A DNA stretch of 64,000 bases from Candidatus Bathyarchaeota archaeon (GTDB lineage Archaea > Thermoproteota > Bathyarchaeia > TCS64), in assembly GCA_963771885.1 (NCBI GenBank), contig CAVYVF010000023.1, positions 928,001 through 992,000 on the forward strand, read 5' to 3'. How positions within the stretch are numbered: position 1 is the first letter of the stretch; every line of letters begins with the position of its first letter. Below, piece after piece: positions 9,962-20,537 of this stretch. Position numbers and translations under genes: made by a program. The notes beneath the pieces were generated by a model that worked only from the letters and a program-made list of their open reading frames with translations, had not been told where the DNA came from and did not search any database.

Positions 9962-10477
9962 ATGCCCCGCCCAGTCGTCATTGTCCCCTACGACCCGGAG
10001 TGGCCCAGGATATTCGAGGACGAGAAGAGGCGCGTACAGGCAGCGATCGGCGGCATAATCCGCTCCCTCGAGCACTGCGGGAGCACGAGCGTCCCCGGGC
10101 TCTGGGCGAAGCCGATTATCGACATGATAGCCGGTGTGAATAGGGCAGACGACGCGGATGTGTGTAAGGAGTCGCTCCATAGTATCGGCTACGATGACGT
10201 GTCTCCCGGGGATAACCCCGACTGGTACTACTGCCTCGGCAAGGGACCGCACAGCCCCGGCTTCCACCTTCACCTCGTCAGGGAGGGTAGTCCACACCAC
10301 ACGAAGCACATACTCTTCCGAGACTGGCTTCGCACCCATCCAGCCGACGTGGATGCCTATAAGGAGCTGAAGATCATGTTATCCGAAAAATACAGAGAGG
10401 ATAGGGTTACCTACACCGGGAGCAAGACAGCCTTCATCAACGAAATCGTAGAGAAGGCGAAGAAATCTAGGATTTAA
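9962..10477 (+). CDS. GrpB family (UPF0157) nucleotidyltransferase-like protein
   Basis: YDPEWP, EHCGSTSVPGLWAKPIID, FRDWLR, YKELK. Confidence 0.9.
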   Translation: MPRPVVIVPYDPEWPRIFEDEKRRVQAAIGGIIRSLEHCGSTSVPGLWAKPIIDMIAGVNRADDADVCKESLHSIGYDDVSPGDNPDWYYCLGKGPHSPGFHLHLVREGSPHHTKHILFRDWLRTHPADVDAYKELKIMLSEKYREDRVTYTGSKTAFINEIVEKAKKSRI

Positions 10478-12128
10478 CTATCCTTCGGAGTAAGTCTACA
10501 TTCATCTCTAAAGCGGCGACCGGCATCTCGAGCCCCCAAGCCTCGAGCGACTCGGGGCGCACCTCACCGGCCCAGCAGAGCGGTTCACCGTTAACTTTGG
10601 CAACAAGCCGCCTGCCGTCTATGAAGCAGTCCCAGCCACCCGCCTCCACCTCCGTCTTGACCTCAAGGTTCTCGAGGATTGCGTTCATCGTCGCCTTTAT
10701 GTCGCTGAAGCTCGCCTTCGCGTGACACTGAACAACAGCTAGGCGACGCTCGCTCCGCGCGCCGATGTCCGTACCCTCGTCGAGGAGCACAACATCGTCA
10801 ACCTCGTAGAGGCTCTGCGGGTACGGGTGATGCTTGTTGACACTGAGCACCTCCATGAGGCTGGGAAGCAGCCTGTTGCGGAGGACGTTATATCCCTCCA
10901 TCTTGGGGTTCTCCACCTCAGCCACAGCCTCCTCGGGAATGCTCATCTTGGCGAAGAGCTTCTCCTTGTTGCTGAGCATGAAGGTGACGACCTCCATGTG
11001 GCCGAAGCCGACGAGGAAGTTGCGCATGTACCTGCTGAATATCTCCAGCTCGTCCTCTCCCGCCTTGGTGTGGATTGGGGGTATGTTTGGAACAATTTTA
11101 TCGTAGCCGTAGGCTATGGCGACGTCCTCGACTAGGTCGATCGGGTGCATGATGTCGGTGCGGTAGCAGGGAACCTGGACGTCTATGTCGTCGCCGAAGA
11201 CCTCGGCTCCATGCCCCATCTTCCCGAGGAGGAGCTCCGTCTCCGTGTGTCCTAGGGTGAGCCCCAGCGTCTTGTTGACGTATGTGTTGCTCAGCTTCCA
11301 CATCTTCGGCGAGAGGTCGGGGGTCTTGACAGTTTTATCGGGGTACCTCACCTCGACGGAGTAGATCTCCGCGCCCCTGTCAGCGAAGGTCGTGCAGATG
11401 ATGTTGAGTGTCTCCGTGATCGCTTTGAGGTCCGTGCCCGTGATGTCTATGAAGATGTCCCTGGTGGCCTCGTCGATGCGTGTGTACTCACCGTTGATGA
11501 TGGGCGGCATCGAGAGCACCATGTCCTTCGCGTCGAGGATCATCGGGTACTCGTTCGCGCCTTCGAGTATCCACGCGTACTCTACGCCGGTCTTCATCTC
11601 AGTGAGCATCCAGTGGAGGTCCTTGTCGAACCTCTCCCCCAATGGGCGGAACTTGAACTCGGGGGGCTTCGTTGTGTAGGTGACCGGGAACTGGACTGGC
11701 TTGAGGTTGTGCAATCCTATGGCTACCTTGCGTCTCTTCCTCCCATGAGTTATGTGTAGCTTCTCCTGCAGCTGGATTATGCTGCGGATGAGTGAGTCGC
11801 TGAAGTCCACACCCTTGGCGACGGCGCAGACGAAGAAAGGACGTACCACCTGCGTCTTCTCGTCGACGACGGCGACGTAGTCTGAAGCCTTGACCCTATA
11901 GCGGCGTGGCCCAGGGTTCTCACCCGTGAAACTCGCGTAGGCACGCGCCAGCCCCTCTGTACTCATCAGGTCAGGTCGGTTGGGGAAGACCTCTAAGGCG
12001 AAGCCCTCCTCATGTGGCCCCTCCCAACTCGTCCCCATCATGGGAAGCTTCTCCTGAAGCTCCTCGATAGTGACCTTCCTTCCGAGTATCTCTTGGAGGT
12101 CAGCTAGGTTGACATTTATCACCGGCAT
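10467..12128 (-). CDS. pheT: Phenylalanine--tRNA ligase beta subunit (archaeal type)
   Basis: PNRPDL, QEKLH, SMPPIING, YRTDIMHPIDLVEDVAIAYGY. Confidence 0.96.
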   Translation of the reverse strand: MPVINVNLADLQEILGRKVTIEELQEKLPMMGTSWEGPHEEGFALEVFPNRPDLMSTEGLARAYASFTGENPGPRRYRVKASDYVAVVDEKTQVVRPFFVCAVAKGVDFSDSLIRSIIQLQEKLHITHGRKRRKVAIGLHNLKPVQFPVTYTTKPPEFKFRPLGERFDKDLHWMLTEMKTGVEYAWILEGANEYPMILDAKDMVLSMPPIINGEYTRIDEATRDIFIDITGTDLKAITETLNIICTTFADRGAEIYSVEVRYPDKTVKTPDLSPKMWKLSNTYVNKTLGLTLGHTETELLLGKMGHGAEVFGDDIDVQVPCYRTDIMHPIDLVEDVAIAYGYDKIVPNIPPIHTKAGEDELEIFSRYMRNFLVGFGHMEVVTFMLSNKEKLFAKMSIPEEAVAEVENPKMEGYNVLRNRLLPSLMEVLSVNKHHPYPQSLYEVDDVVLLDEGTDIGARSERRLAVVQCHAKASFSDIKATMNAILENLEVKTEVEAGGWDCFIDGRRLVAKVNGEPLCWAGEVRPESLEAWGLEMPVAALEMNVDLLRRIVKS

Positions 12129-12134
12129 TCATAC

Positions 12135-13673
12135 TCACCTCGTCCAGAGCTTCGCCTTGCGGAGAAGCCCTATGTCGTTGCCGTATAGCTCCTTGATCGT
12201 GTTAACGTGGTAGCTCTGCATGACAAGCCTGTCGAATCCAGGACCCCACGCGAGCACCGGCACGTCGACTCCGATGAGGGGCTTTACCACCTCTGGACGG
12301 AACATACCGGCACCGAATAGCTCCATCCAGCCGCCGCGCTCCTCGATCCAAACCTCGGCCTCCATGCTCATCTCCGTGTAAGGGAAGTAGCCGGGGCGGA
12401 ACCTGAACTTCTTCAAGCCGAGACCCTCGAGGTAGGCCTTGAGGTATCCCTGCATGTCGCGGAAGGTCACGTCATCACCGACTACTATTCCATCGGTCTG
12501 GTAGAACTCGGCGAGGTGGTTCCAGTCGATAGCCTCGTTGCGGAAGACGCGGCCGACGCTGAAGAACTTGCCAGGCAGGTCCTCGGGCTTGAGCTGCGCG
12601 AGCTGTAGTACGCTGAGGCTTGTGGTGTGCGTGCGTAGGCAGCAGCGGCTTGCGAACTCCGGGCTCCACTTGTACTGCCAGCCCGTAGAGCCCGTCGTCC
12701 AGCCAGTCTCATGCGTCGCCTTCACCTGCTCAACAAGCCTCTCCTCGGGGAGTTTGCCCTTGTATGGTGTCTTCATGTAGAAGGTGTCAGCGAGGTCCCT
12801 AGCGGGGTGGTCCTGCGGCTGATAAAGGGCGTCGAAGTTCCAAAAGCTGAGCTCGAGGTAGTGGCCCTTCATCTCCTTGAAGCCTAACTCGACCCAGAAC
12901 CTGCGTATATAGTCGATGATCTGGCTGATGAAGTGGCGTTTGCCAGGCGTAAGTGTTGGTACTGGGAGGGATACATCGTAGTGCTGTATCACGGCGTCGC
13001 GCCATTGCCTCGACTGGAGCACCTCTGGCGTGATCTGCGTGATGACGGGTTTCAATGCGATCGCCTCCACAAAAGGCAGCACCTCGACACCGAAGGGGGT
13101 GAGCTCGACGAACCTCTCAGTCTCCTCCTTGACCTCGACGAGCCCGCGCTTCACGAGCGCAGGGATACGGTCGGCGAGCTCCTTGCCGAGTTTTCCCTCG
13201 GGGACGACTCCCTGTGCTAGACGTTTGAGTATCTTCTCATCTACTGTCTCGGATTTGGCAGCTTTGGCGCCCTCAGGGGTCGCCTCGACTTTCCCGCCTC
13301 TTATGGTCGCCCAGCCGTTGCTGCGGACCCAGACGAGCGCGATATTGATGGCAGGGATATCTCCCTTGAGGTGGCTGAGCTCGTTGTCGCCGCCCGCAGC
13401 TGCTTCGATGAGCTGCTTCTCCGGCAGACCTTCTTCGGCGTACTTTTGCCCCTCTTTAGTGAGCTTGAAGAACCGTGAGACCTCTTCCCTGAAGCTGACA
13501 ACGCCCTTGGTCTCCGCCCATGCTGATGCCTTTTCAACGGCGTCCCTGCCAAGACCTATGGTCTGGCTGAGTGTGGCTGTGGAGAACGCGCCGCCGCCAC
13601 GGAGGGCGACGAGCAGCCTCCTCTCGTTTTCGTTAAGCCTGGATGCAACTTCCTCGGGGTTCAAAGGTCTCAC
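12135..13673 (-). CDS. pheS: Phenylalanine--tRNA ligase alpha subunit (archaeal, N-terminal wHTH extension)
   Basis: WNFDAL, QDHPARD, LRTHTT, RVFRNE, YFPYTE, GMFRPE; probable GTG start at 13673. Confidence 0.96.
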   Translation of the reverse strand: MRPLNPEEVASRLNENERRLLVALRGGGAFSTATLSQTIGLGRDAVEKASAWAETKGVVSFREEVSRFFKLTKEGQKYAEEGLPEKQLIEAAAGGDNELSHLKGDIPAINIALVWVRSNGWATIRGGKVEATPEGAKAAKSETVDEKILKRLAQGVVPEGKLGKELADRIPALVKRGLVEVKEETERFVELTPFGVEVLPFVEAIALKPVITQITPEVLQSRQWRDAVIQHYDVSLPVPTLTPGKRHFISQIIDYIRRFWVELGFKEMKGHYLELSFWNFDALYQPQDHPARDLADTFYMKTPYKGKLPEERLVEQVKATHETGWTTGSTGWQYKWSPEFASRCCLRTHTTSLSVLQLAQLKPEDLPGKFFSVGRVFRNEAIDWNHLAEFYQTDGIVVGDDVTFRDMQGYLKAYLEGLGLKKFRFRPGYFPYTEMSMEAEVWIEERGGWMELFGAGMFRPEVVKPLIGVDVPVLAWGPGFDRLVMQSYHVNTIKELYGNDIGLLRKAKLWTR

Positions 13674-13736
13674 TAGCCCACCATAACGGCTAGGTTGGGT
13701 GTTTAAAAATACACGGGACAGGGTCACTTGGCTATG

Positions 13737-15081
13737 TCACGCGTACTCAGTTATTTTCCTCTGTGTAAGCGTCTGTTTGAGTAGTGGTCCTGCCTCTATC
13801 CACTTCTCGAGAGGGATCGTGAGTCTGCTCATGACGTGTTTAAGAGCCGTGTCCATGTTGGTGAAGAGTCGGGGTGTCTGCTTCATCGCGTTCCTGCAGT
13901 TTTCCCTGACCTGCCAGACCCCGACGGGAAGTATGTAGTCGGGGTAAGCCTCGCGGAAAATGAAAACCTTCGCCTGTCGGCGGACCTTTGTAAGATGCTC
14001 CATAACTGCTAAGCGTCCCGAGTAGTAACAACCCCCCATCGAGGCGTATGTAGTACGCCCATTGTAGCCCTCCCAGTCGGTGACGATGTTGACGTTCGTC
14101 TCCGAGGGGTTCCAGAGGGTCCTGGGATACCACGCCTCATAAGCTTCATAGCTCCAAGCATCCGGGACGAGCAGTATCTCAAAGCGGTTTCCCAGGTATT
14201 CAGACTCATAGACCTCGTGCATGCTAATGAGAGGATAGTCCTTCGTTTGCTTCGCCATGTCCTTGCTGAGCAGGTCATCAATTGCCGTGATGCTCCACCT
14301 GGTGGGAACGAGGCGCCGGTTCTTCTCGATTCCGAAGCTACCGGTGCTAAAGGCCTTAACTATGCTGCTGACCGGCACACCGTCTTTGTATAGGGTCTTC
14401 GCCGCCTGCCCCGCCTTAAGGTCTGTGTCGTAGTGGGCTTTCTCCATCCAGTGGTTCCACTTAATGAAGCCGATGGAGACGCGTTCGAGAGGCGCTGTGG
14501 GGCCGATAGGCTGGAGGTCGTTGTCCATGTAGAGGCGCTTAACCGGCGCCTTCTGGAGCTTCATTTCGGTCTCGACGTAGTGCTCCGAGAGGCTGATTCT
14601 CGCGTGTCGCGTCGAGTATCCTGCCCGCCTTCTCTGGCTTGTTGACGTTGATGGGGGTCATGCCCCTGACGAGTTGGCTACGGAATCCTATGATCTCGTC
14701 CATGCTCCTGCCGAACCACTTCTCGGTGTCGTCGAGGAGGGCTGTATCGCCGTAGAAACCCGGCGCCATCGGACCGACCTGCACGTAAGGGTAGCCGAAT
14801 CGCCCGACGAAGACGCTTGGGGGTGAACTGCCCTCAATGTTTGTGCCGTGAACGCTCCTGAACATACGGGTGTGGGCTGCTACCTGCTCGATGATGGGGC
14901 ATCGGGTCTTTCCACAGAGCATCTTGCTGCCCTTGCAGACGGTGCAGAGGTTGTCGCGCGCCTGCAGTTTGAGCTGGTCACTCGTGTAGTCGAGGGAGGC
15001 GCCTATTTCGGGGTCCTGCCCCACAATCTCTCGGACCCATGTGTTGCTGGGCTTGAAGCTCTTGGCGATCCTCTTCCCCAA
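13737..15081 (-). CDS. nreA: Archaeal DNA repair protein Nre (frameshifted near 14597)
   Basis: N-terminal CxxCKG..LCG..CP zinc motif, GSSPPSVFVG, RRLVPTRWSITA, VGVWQVRE, C-terminal PIP box QRKITEY; the two ORFs join by removing one base. Confidence 0.92.
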
Positions 15082-15167
15082 TCTAGTTCTCCTTCTACCT
15101 TCGGCGGTTAAAGGGGTATCGAGGCGCAGGTGTTATGGGGAGGTGGGCGGAGGTGAAAGTGGTTACC

Positions 15168-15915
15168 ATGGTAAAGTTTGAGAACGTCGAGTTCACAAGT
15201 GGAGGCAACACTCTCCTCGGAAGGATATACAAGCCCGAGGGGAGAGTTGAGGAAGCCCGCGGTGGCGATCTGCCACGGCTTCCCCGGCGACACGAAGAAC
15301 ATGGACCTCGCCGAGGAACTCGCATTGAACGGGTTCGTCGCATTCGTCTTCTATTACCAGGGCGCCTGGGGCAGCGGAGGTAGCTACAGCCTCACTAAAC
15401 TGGAGGTTGGAGCGAAGGACGCCGTTGTCTGGCTTAGGAAGCAGGTATTCGTCGACCCAAATAGGGTCGGTTTAGTAAGCCACAGTATGGGTGCTCTCCC
15501 CCTAACGAAGGTGATGGCGGGTGACCACACGGTTAAGACGGGGGTGCTCATGAGCCCCGCTACTGATTATAAGGAGATCATAGCGACGCGCGGTGTCGAG
15601 GGCTTCGCTGACGCCTTGATGGGCAACTGCGCTGGTAAGCTCGCCGGAGTCTCCAAGGAGAAGATGATGAAGGACATCTCAAAAGTCGCGGAGGCGACCA
15701 ACCCCATTGATCTCGTCAAGAAGATCAGTGCGCCGACTATGGTTATCGTTGGCTCCAAGGATAGTATTACGCCTCCGGCGTCCTGCAGGAGGCTCTACGA
15801 GGCTGCGAATGAGCCGAAGAAGTGGCTTGAGATCGAGGGTGCCGACCACGGCTTCTCCGAGCACAGGATACCGCTTATCTGCGCCGTGATTGACAGGCTT
15901 AAGGAGACGCTGTGA
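15168..15915 (+). CDS. Alpha/beta hydrolase, paralog 1 (frameshifted near 15243)
   Basis: CHGFPG oxyanion region, SHSMG nucleophile, GSKD, GADH; N-terminus MVKFENVEF in a different frame. Confidence 0.85.
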
Positions 15916-15977
15916 CTGGCAAGTGGCAGTCGAGCGGTTACTTTAAGTCGGTTGACTGCAAGTATGGCTCTGGTTCT

Positions 15978-16727
15978 ATGCATATAGTCGTCGAGAACAT
16001 ATCTTTCACTAGTGAGGGCGTCCCGCTCCTCGGTAGACTCTACCGCCCGGCGCCTGAGGGGAGGTATCCCAGTGTCGCCATCTGCCACGGCTACCCGGGG
16101 GACACGAAGAACACCGACCTCGCCGAGGAGCTCGCCCTAAACGGCATAGTCACACTAGTTTTCTATTACCAAGGCGCGTGGGGGAGCAAGGGGACATACA
16201 GGTTCACGAAGCTCGAGCCGAGCACGAGGGACGCGGTCGCCTATCTTAGGAGCCAGCCGTGCGTCGACCCGGAGAGAGTGGGGCTCGTCAGCCACAGCAT
16301 GGGAGCACTGCCCCTTGTGAAGAGGCTGAGCCTCGACCCGACGATCAAGTCCGCGGTGCTCATGTCGCCGGTGAGCGACATCGGTCTCTGGACGACAGGG
16401 GACGCTATTGAGACTGTTATCCCCCACTTCATAGAGTCGGCGAAGGGGAAGTTAGAGGGACTGACGGCTAAGCAGCTCCGAGTTGATCTGCGTGAGTTAA
16501 CGGAGGCGGGGAACCCAATTGATCTTATGGGGGCGGTGAAGGCGCCAATACTGCTAGTCGTTGGGTCGGAGGACGACGTTACGCCGCCGGATCTATGCAA
16601 GCTCCTCTACGAGAAGGCGCGAGAACCGAAGAGGTGGGATCTAATCGATAAGGCGGACCACAGTTTCTCCGAGCACCGGATACCACTGATGCGCGCCGTC
16701 CTCGACTGGCTCAAGACTACTCTCTAA
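15978..16727 (+). CDS. Alpha/beta hydrolase, paralog 2
   Basis: CHGYPG, SHSMG, GSEDD, KADH; clearly homologous to the upstream gene. Confidence 0.88.
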   Translation: MHIVVENISFTSEGVPLLGRLYRPAPEGRYPSVAICHGYPGDTKNTDLAEELALNGIVTLVFYYQGAWGSKGTYRFTKLEPSTRDAVAYLRSQPCVDPERVGLVSHSMGALPLVKRLSLDPTIKSAVLMSPVSDIGLWTTGDAIETVIPHFIESAKGKLEGLTAKQLRVDLRELTEAGNPIDLMGAVKAPILLVVGSEDDVTPPDLCKLLYEKAREPKRWDLIDKADHSFSEHRIPLMRAVLDWLKTTL

Positions 16728-16763
16728 GCGAACCTTTTAAGCGCCCTGTGGTGAGTCTCTGGG

Positions 16764-17435
16764 ATGCCCATACACTCCGGGAACCTTCGCAGCTTCGCCG
16801 CTAAGCTACCCTCACTCTACTTCGGGCTATTCCTATTCGCCGCCGGATCGGTGTCGAACCTGTACTCGGGGCTCGGGATGAATCCGTGGGGCGTCTTCCA
16901 TGTGGGACTCATGGCTCCCCTAGGGCTGACGCTCGGGCAAGTGGCTCAGGTAGTTGGCTTAATCGTGCTGCTCGGCGGGTGGGCGCTCGGCTTCGCCCCG
17001 GGCTTCGGCACCGTGATGAACATGATCTTCATCGGCTGGTTCACAGACAGGATCATGGAGTGGAACATCGTCCCCAGACCCACCGATGTTGTGGGGCAGT
17101 ACGCGCTACTAATCACAAGCATACTATGCGTCGGAACGGGTAGCCTCTTCTATATGCGTGTGCAGCTCGGGGCAGGCCCCCGCGACGGACTCATGGTGGG
17201 GCTCGTAAGGAAGCTGAACAAACCGATCAGCATCGTAAGGGGGAGCATCGAAGTCACGGTTCTCGTCCTCGGGTACCTGATGGGCGGACCCGTCGGTGTA
17301 GGAACCATAGTCACCGCCCTCGCCATCGGATACTCAGTGCAGTATGCATTCAGGCTCGGCAAGTTCGAGGGCAAGTCCCCCCAGATGAACCTCTGGGAGC
17401 TCTACGGCCATCTAACCAAAAGCGACTCATCGTAA
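16764..17435 (+). CDS. YczE/YyaS/YitT family membrane protein
   Basis: GLGMNPW, GFGTVMN, LGAGPRDGLM, GGPVGVGT. Confidence 0.88.
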   Translation: MPIHSGNLRSFAAKLPSLYFGLFLFAAGSVSNLYSGLGMNPWGVFHVGLMAPLGLTLGQVAQVVGLIVLLGGWALGFAPGFGTVMNMIFIGWFTDRIMEWNIVPRPTDVVGQYALLITSILCVGTGSLFYMRVQLGAGPRDGLMVGLVRKLNKPISIVRGSIEVTVLVLGYLMGGPVGVGTIVTALAIGYSVQYAFRLGKFEGKSPQMNLWELYGHLTKSDSS

Positions 17436-17486
17436 GTCACCGATCATTTCATAACAAGTTCTCCACGTATTGACACCCGGTGTAAA

Positions 17487-17816
17487 ATGATCTACGAGTG
17501 GCGCGAATACTACGTCTACCCGGGCAGAATGGAGGCGCTCAACGAGCGCTTCTCCAAGATCACCCTAAAGTACTTCGAAAAGCACGGCATCAAGGTCGTC
17601 GGCTTCTGGACAGCGGTCGTCGGAACGACGAACGTCCTTTACTACATGCTCGCATATGATGACCTCGCACACAGGGAGAGGGTGTGGAACGCCTTCAGCA
17701 CCGACCCCGGTTGGGTCAAGGCGAGGACCGAGACGGAGCAGAGAGCAGGCGGCCCTCTGACTGAGAAAATCGTGAATATGATCCTCAAGCCGACCGACTA
17801 CTCCCCGATGAAGTAG
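17487..17816 (+). CDS. NIPSNAP family protein
   Basis: IYEWREY, HGIKVVGFW, AFSTDPGW, LKPTDYSP. Confidence 0.9.
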   Translation: MIYEWREYYVYPGRMEALNERFSKITLKYFEKHGIKVVGFWTAVVGTTNVLYYMLAYDDLAHRERVWNAFSTDPGWVKARTETEQRAGGPLTEKIVNMILKPTDYSPMK

Positions 17817-18740
17817 CTAGGCAAATCTTGACGCGACTTCCTCGGCGAATATCCTCGCCTGCTTCTCGAAGTCGTCGCCCATGAAGCGGATTATGAAGAA
17901 GTCGACGCCCACAGCGATGTATCGTTTTATCTGCAGGGTAACCTGCTCGGGCGTCCCGGCGAGTGGCGGCGGTTTCGGTTGCTTCGCAGTGTACTTGGCG
18001 ATCTTTGCTTCGGCTTCCCCAGCGTCCTCGCCTATTAGGCAGTAAGCTGCCCAGGATCTCCTGATCTCTTTTGGGTTCTTCCCGACCTTGGAGCAGTGGG
18101 CGTCGAGGGCATCGTTCTTCACCTTGAACTCCTCAGGTGTTCCCGTCCAGGCTGAGAAGTTGCTAATGTCTGCGTGGCGCGCCACAGTGCGTAGGGTGAG
18201 CTGTTCTCCTCCACCGGCGATCATTAGTGGGGGGTGTTTCTGGGCAGACTTCGGAGCATTCCACGCCTTCTCTATCCGATAATATTTACCCTCGAAGCTC
18301 GGCGCCTCCTCACTCCACATCCTCCTTATTATCTCAGCAGCCTCGTCGAGACGCCTCACACGGGTTGAGTTGCCCTCGAAGGGGTACCCGTAGGCCTTGA
18401 ACTCGCCTTCATGCCAGCCGGTGCCGAGCCCGAGGATGAGCCTGCCCCCGCTAATAGAGTCGAGGGTCGCCGCCATCTTCGCGAGCAGGGGCGGGTGGCG
18501 GAAGGGGTTGCAAAGGACGAGCTGCCCGAGCTTGATTCTGCCCGTGTTCGCCAGCAACGCAGTTGACGTCGTCCAGCACTCATAGCGAGGATCCCCGGGG
18601 TTCTCATACATCCCGATGACGTGGTCCGCAACCCAGATGCTGTGGTAGCCGAGCCCTTCGCAGTACAGGGCGTCGTTAAGAATCGAGGCGTAACTAGGGC
18701 GCTCTAGGCCGAGGAAGACGCCGAAGTCTAAGGAACCCAT
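17817..18740 (-). CDS. LLM-class (luciferase-like) flavin/F420-dependent oxidoreductase
   Basis: IWVADH, RHPPLLAKMAATLD..SGGR, LGTGW, IAGGG. Confidence 0.9.
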   Translation of the reverse strand: MGSLDFGVFLGLERPSYASILNDALYCEGLGYHSIWVADHVIGMYENPGDPRYECWTTSTALLANTGRIKLGQLVLCNPFRHPPLLAKMAATLDSISGGRLILGLGTGWHEGEFKAYGYPFEGNSTRVRRLDEAAEIIRRMWSEEAPSFEGKYYRIEKAWNAPKSAQKHPPLMIAGGGEQLTLRTVARHADISNFSAWTGTPEEFKVKNDALDAHCSKVGKNPKEIRRSWAAYCLIGEDAGEAEAKIAKYTAKQPKPPPLAGTPEQVTLQIKRYIAVGVDFFIIRFMGDDFEKQARIFAEEVASRFA

Positions 18741-18875
18741 GCGAGATAGTCGCGCCTATACGTTAAGACCTTATCCAGCGCCGACGGGATTATCCAGAGT
18801 TACTTTCCCGAAGTTTTATCGCGTCGTGCTACAATTGGATTAATGTTTTATCCGTCAGGAATAGTCTGTAACCAT

Positions 18876-19805
18876 ATGCCTGATTTCGGAGTAACACATG
18901 AGTCCGCCGACCTGAAGAGGGTCATGGTACATCATCCGGGGAACGAGCTCAATGAGGCCAACCGTGACCCCGTCGCGCACCACTTCGAATGCGCCGTTGA
19001 CGTAAAGCAGTTCCAACACGATCACCAGCTACTCATGGACGCGCTCCGCGAGGCAGGTGTCGAGGTCCTCGACGTTGGGACACTGCTCGCCGACGACAAG
19101 CAGATGCAAGGGCTGATCAAGCACGCGCCGAACCTCGTCTTCACACGCGACTCCAGCACAGTCACGGAGGCAGGGGCTATCCTGTTCCGCATGGGGCTAC
19201 CTAGCAGACGCGCCGAGACGCCTATCATAAGAGCAGCGCACGAGGCGGCGGGGACTCCCATCGCCCACCAGATGAAGGAACCGATGACATTCGAAGGCGG
19301 AGGCTTCGCTCTCCTCGAGGGAAAGGTCGCCGTCGCGGGTAAATGCGACAGATCCAACCAGAGCGCCCTCGACGACCTCCGCAGCTTCCTCCTCAACGAG
19401 CAGATAGTCGACCAGTTCATACAACTCAACATGCCGAAGGGCTGCGTCCACATCGACGGAGAGTTCGCGGAGCTACCCGGGAAGAGAGCTATAGCACTCA
19501 GGGAGGCGCTCCAGATGTACTCGGCCAACTTCTACACGAGGGGCGAGCAGTGGGACGGTGACTACGTCGAGTGGCTTATCGACGACGGATACGACATCAT
19601 AGAGATCACTAAGCAGGAGGCCCTCGACGCGGCGGCGAACTTCCTCACCGTCCATCAGGACCTCGTCATCCAGTACACGGGGAACGATCGCGTCATGAAG
19701 GAGGTCCGGGAGAGGGGGATCGAGGTGGTACAGATACCCGGCGACGAGATGAAGAGGGGCTGCGGCGGCATCCACTGCATGACCTGCCCCGTCCTCAGGG
19801 TATAA
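18876..19805 (+). CDS. Arginine deiminase/amidinotransferase (pentein) family protein
   Basis: PNLVFTRD, FEGG, HIDG, GCGGIHCMTCPV catalytic Cys. Confidence 0.85.
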   Translation: MPDFGVTHESADLKRVMVHHPGNELNEANRDPVAHHFECAVDVKQFQHDHQLLMDALREAGVEVLDVGTLLADDKQMQGLIKHAPNLVFTRDSSTVTEAGAILFRMGLPSRRAETPIIRAAHEAAGTPIAHQMKEPMTFEGGGFALLEGKVAVAGKCDRSNQSALDDLRSFLLNEQIVDQFIQLNMPKGCVHIDGEFAELPGKRAIALREALQMYSANFYTRGEQWDGDYVEWLIDDGYDIIEITKQEALDAAANFLTVHQDLVIQYTGNDRVMKEVRERGIEVVQIPGDEMKRGCGGIHCMTCPVLRV

Positions 19806-20048
19806 CTCGATTCAAGTAAAAATAGGGTCGTTGACCACTTTCCACGTTCAAAAACGATGATTTTTCAGGTTCATTTTCGTGATTTATGCTTCACTTAGCG
19901 TGCATTTTTCGTATCCCGCTCAACATGAATGGGGCCGTTTTAATTCATCTTTATAGAGACTGACCAAATTTCGAGTTTGAAAAAATACCCTCCTCCCCTC
20001 TTCTCCTGTAATCGGTCCACTCAGGGTATCCGAACAGTAATGATTTTA

Positions 20049-20065
20049 TATAATACTATATTATA
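20049..20065. promoter_or_regulatory. Inverted repeat overlapping the TATA region of the MarR gene (putative operator)
   Basis: TATAATA-cta-TATTATA perfect 7-3-7 palindrome ending 23 bp before the ATG at 20088. Confidence 0.5.
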
Positions 20066-20087
20066 GGGTACCACTCCGGTATACACT

Positions 20088-20531
20088 ATGAAGAAAACGC
20101 AGGGCGGTTACCTCATCTCCAAAATACACCAGACCAGCGACAGGGTGTTCAACCGCCTCCTCAGGGAGGCGGGGATAGAGGAAATCAACCCAGCGCAGGG
20201 CAGGATACTCTTCGCCCTCTGGAAGAGAGATGACGTGCCCATCACCGAGTTGGCGAGGGAGACGCTACTACACAAGTCAACCCTAACGAAGATGCTAGAT
20301 CATCTAGAAACCTCAGGACACATCAGCAGGGTTCAGCCCCCGGGCGACAGGAGGGCGACGCACATACGCCTCACGGAGAAGAACCGGCGCCTGAAGGCGA
20401 AGTACGACGCCGTATCCAATGAGATGAGGGTGATCTACTACCAAGGTTTCACCGACGAGGAGATAGCACTACTCGGTACCCTTCTGGAACGGGTCCTAGA
20501 CAACCTCATGGAGCAAGCCGGAGAGGAGTGA
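20088..20531 (+). CDS. MarR family transcriptional regulator
   Basis: QGRILFAL, ITELA, KSTLTKMLD.LE..G.I.R, DRR....LT. Confidence 0.92.
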   Translation: MKKTQGGYLISKIHQTSDRVFNRLLREAGIEEINPAQGRILFALWKRDDVPITELARETLLHKSTLTKMLDHLETSGHISRVQPPGDRRATHIRLTEKNRRLKAKYDAVSNEMRVIYYQGFTDEEIALLGTLLERVLDNLMEQAGEE

Positions 20532-20537
20532 ATAATT

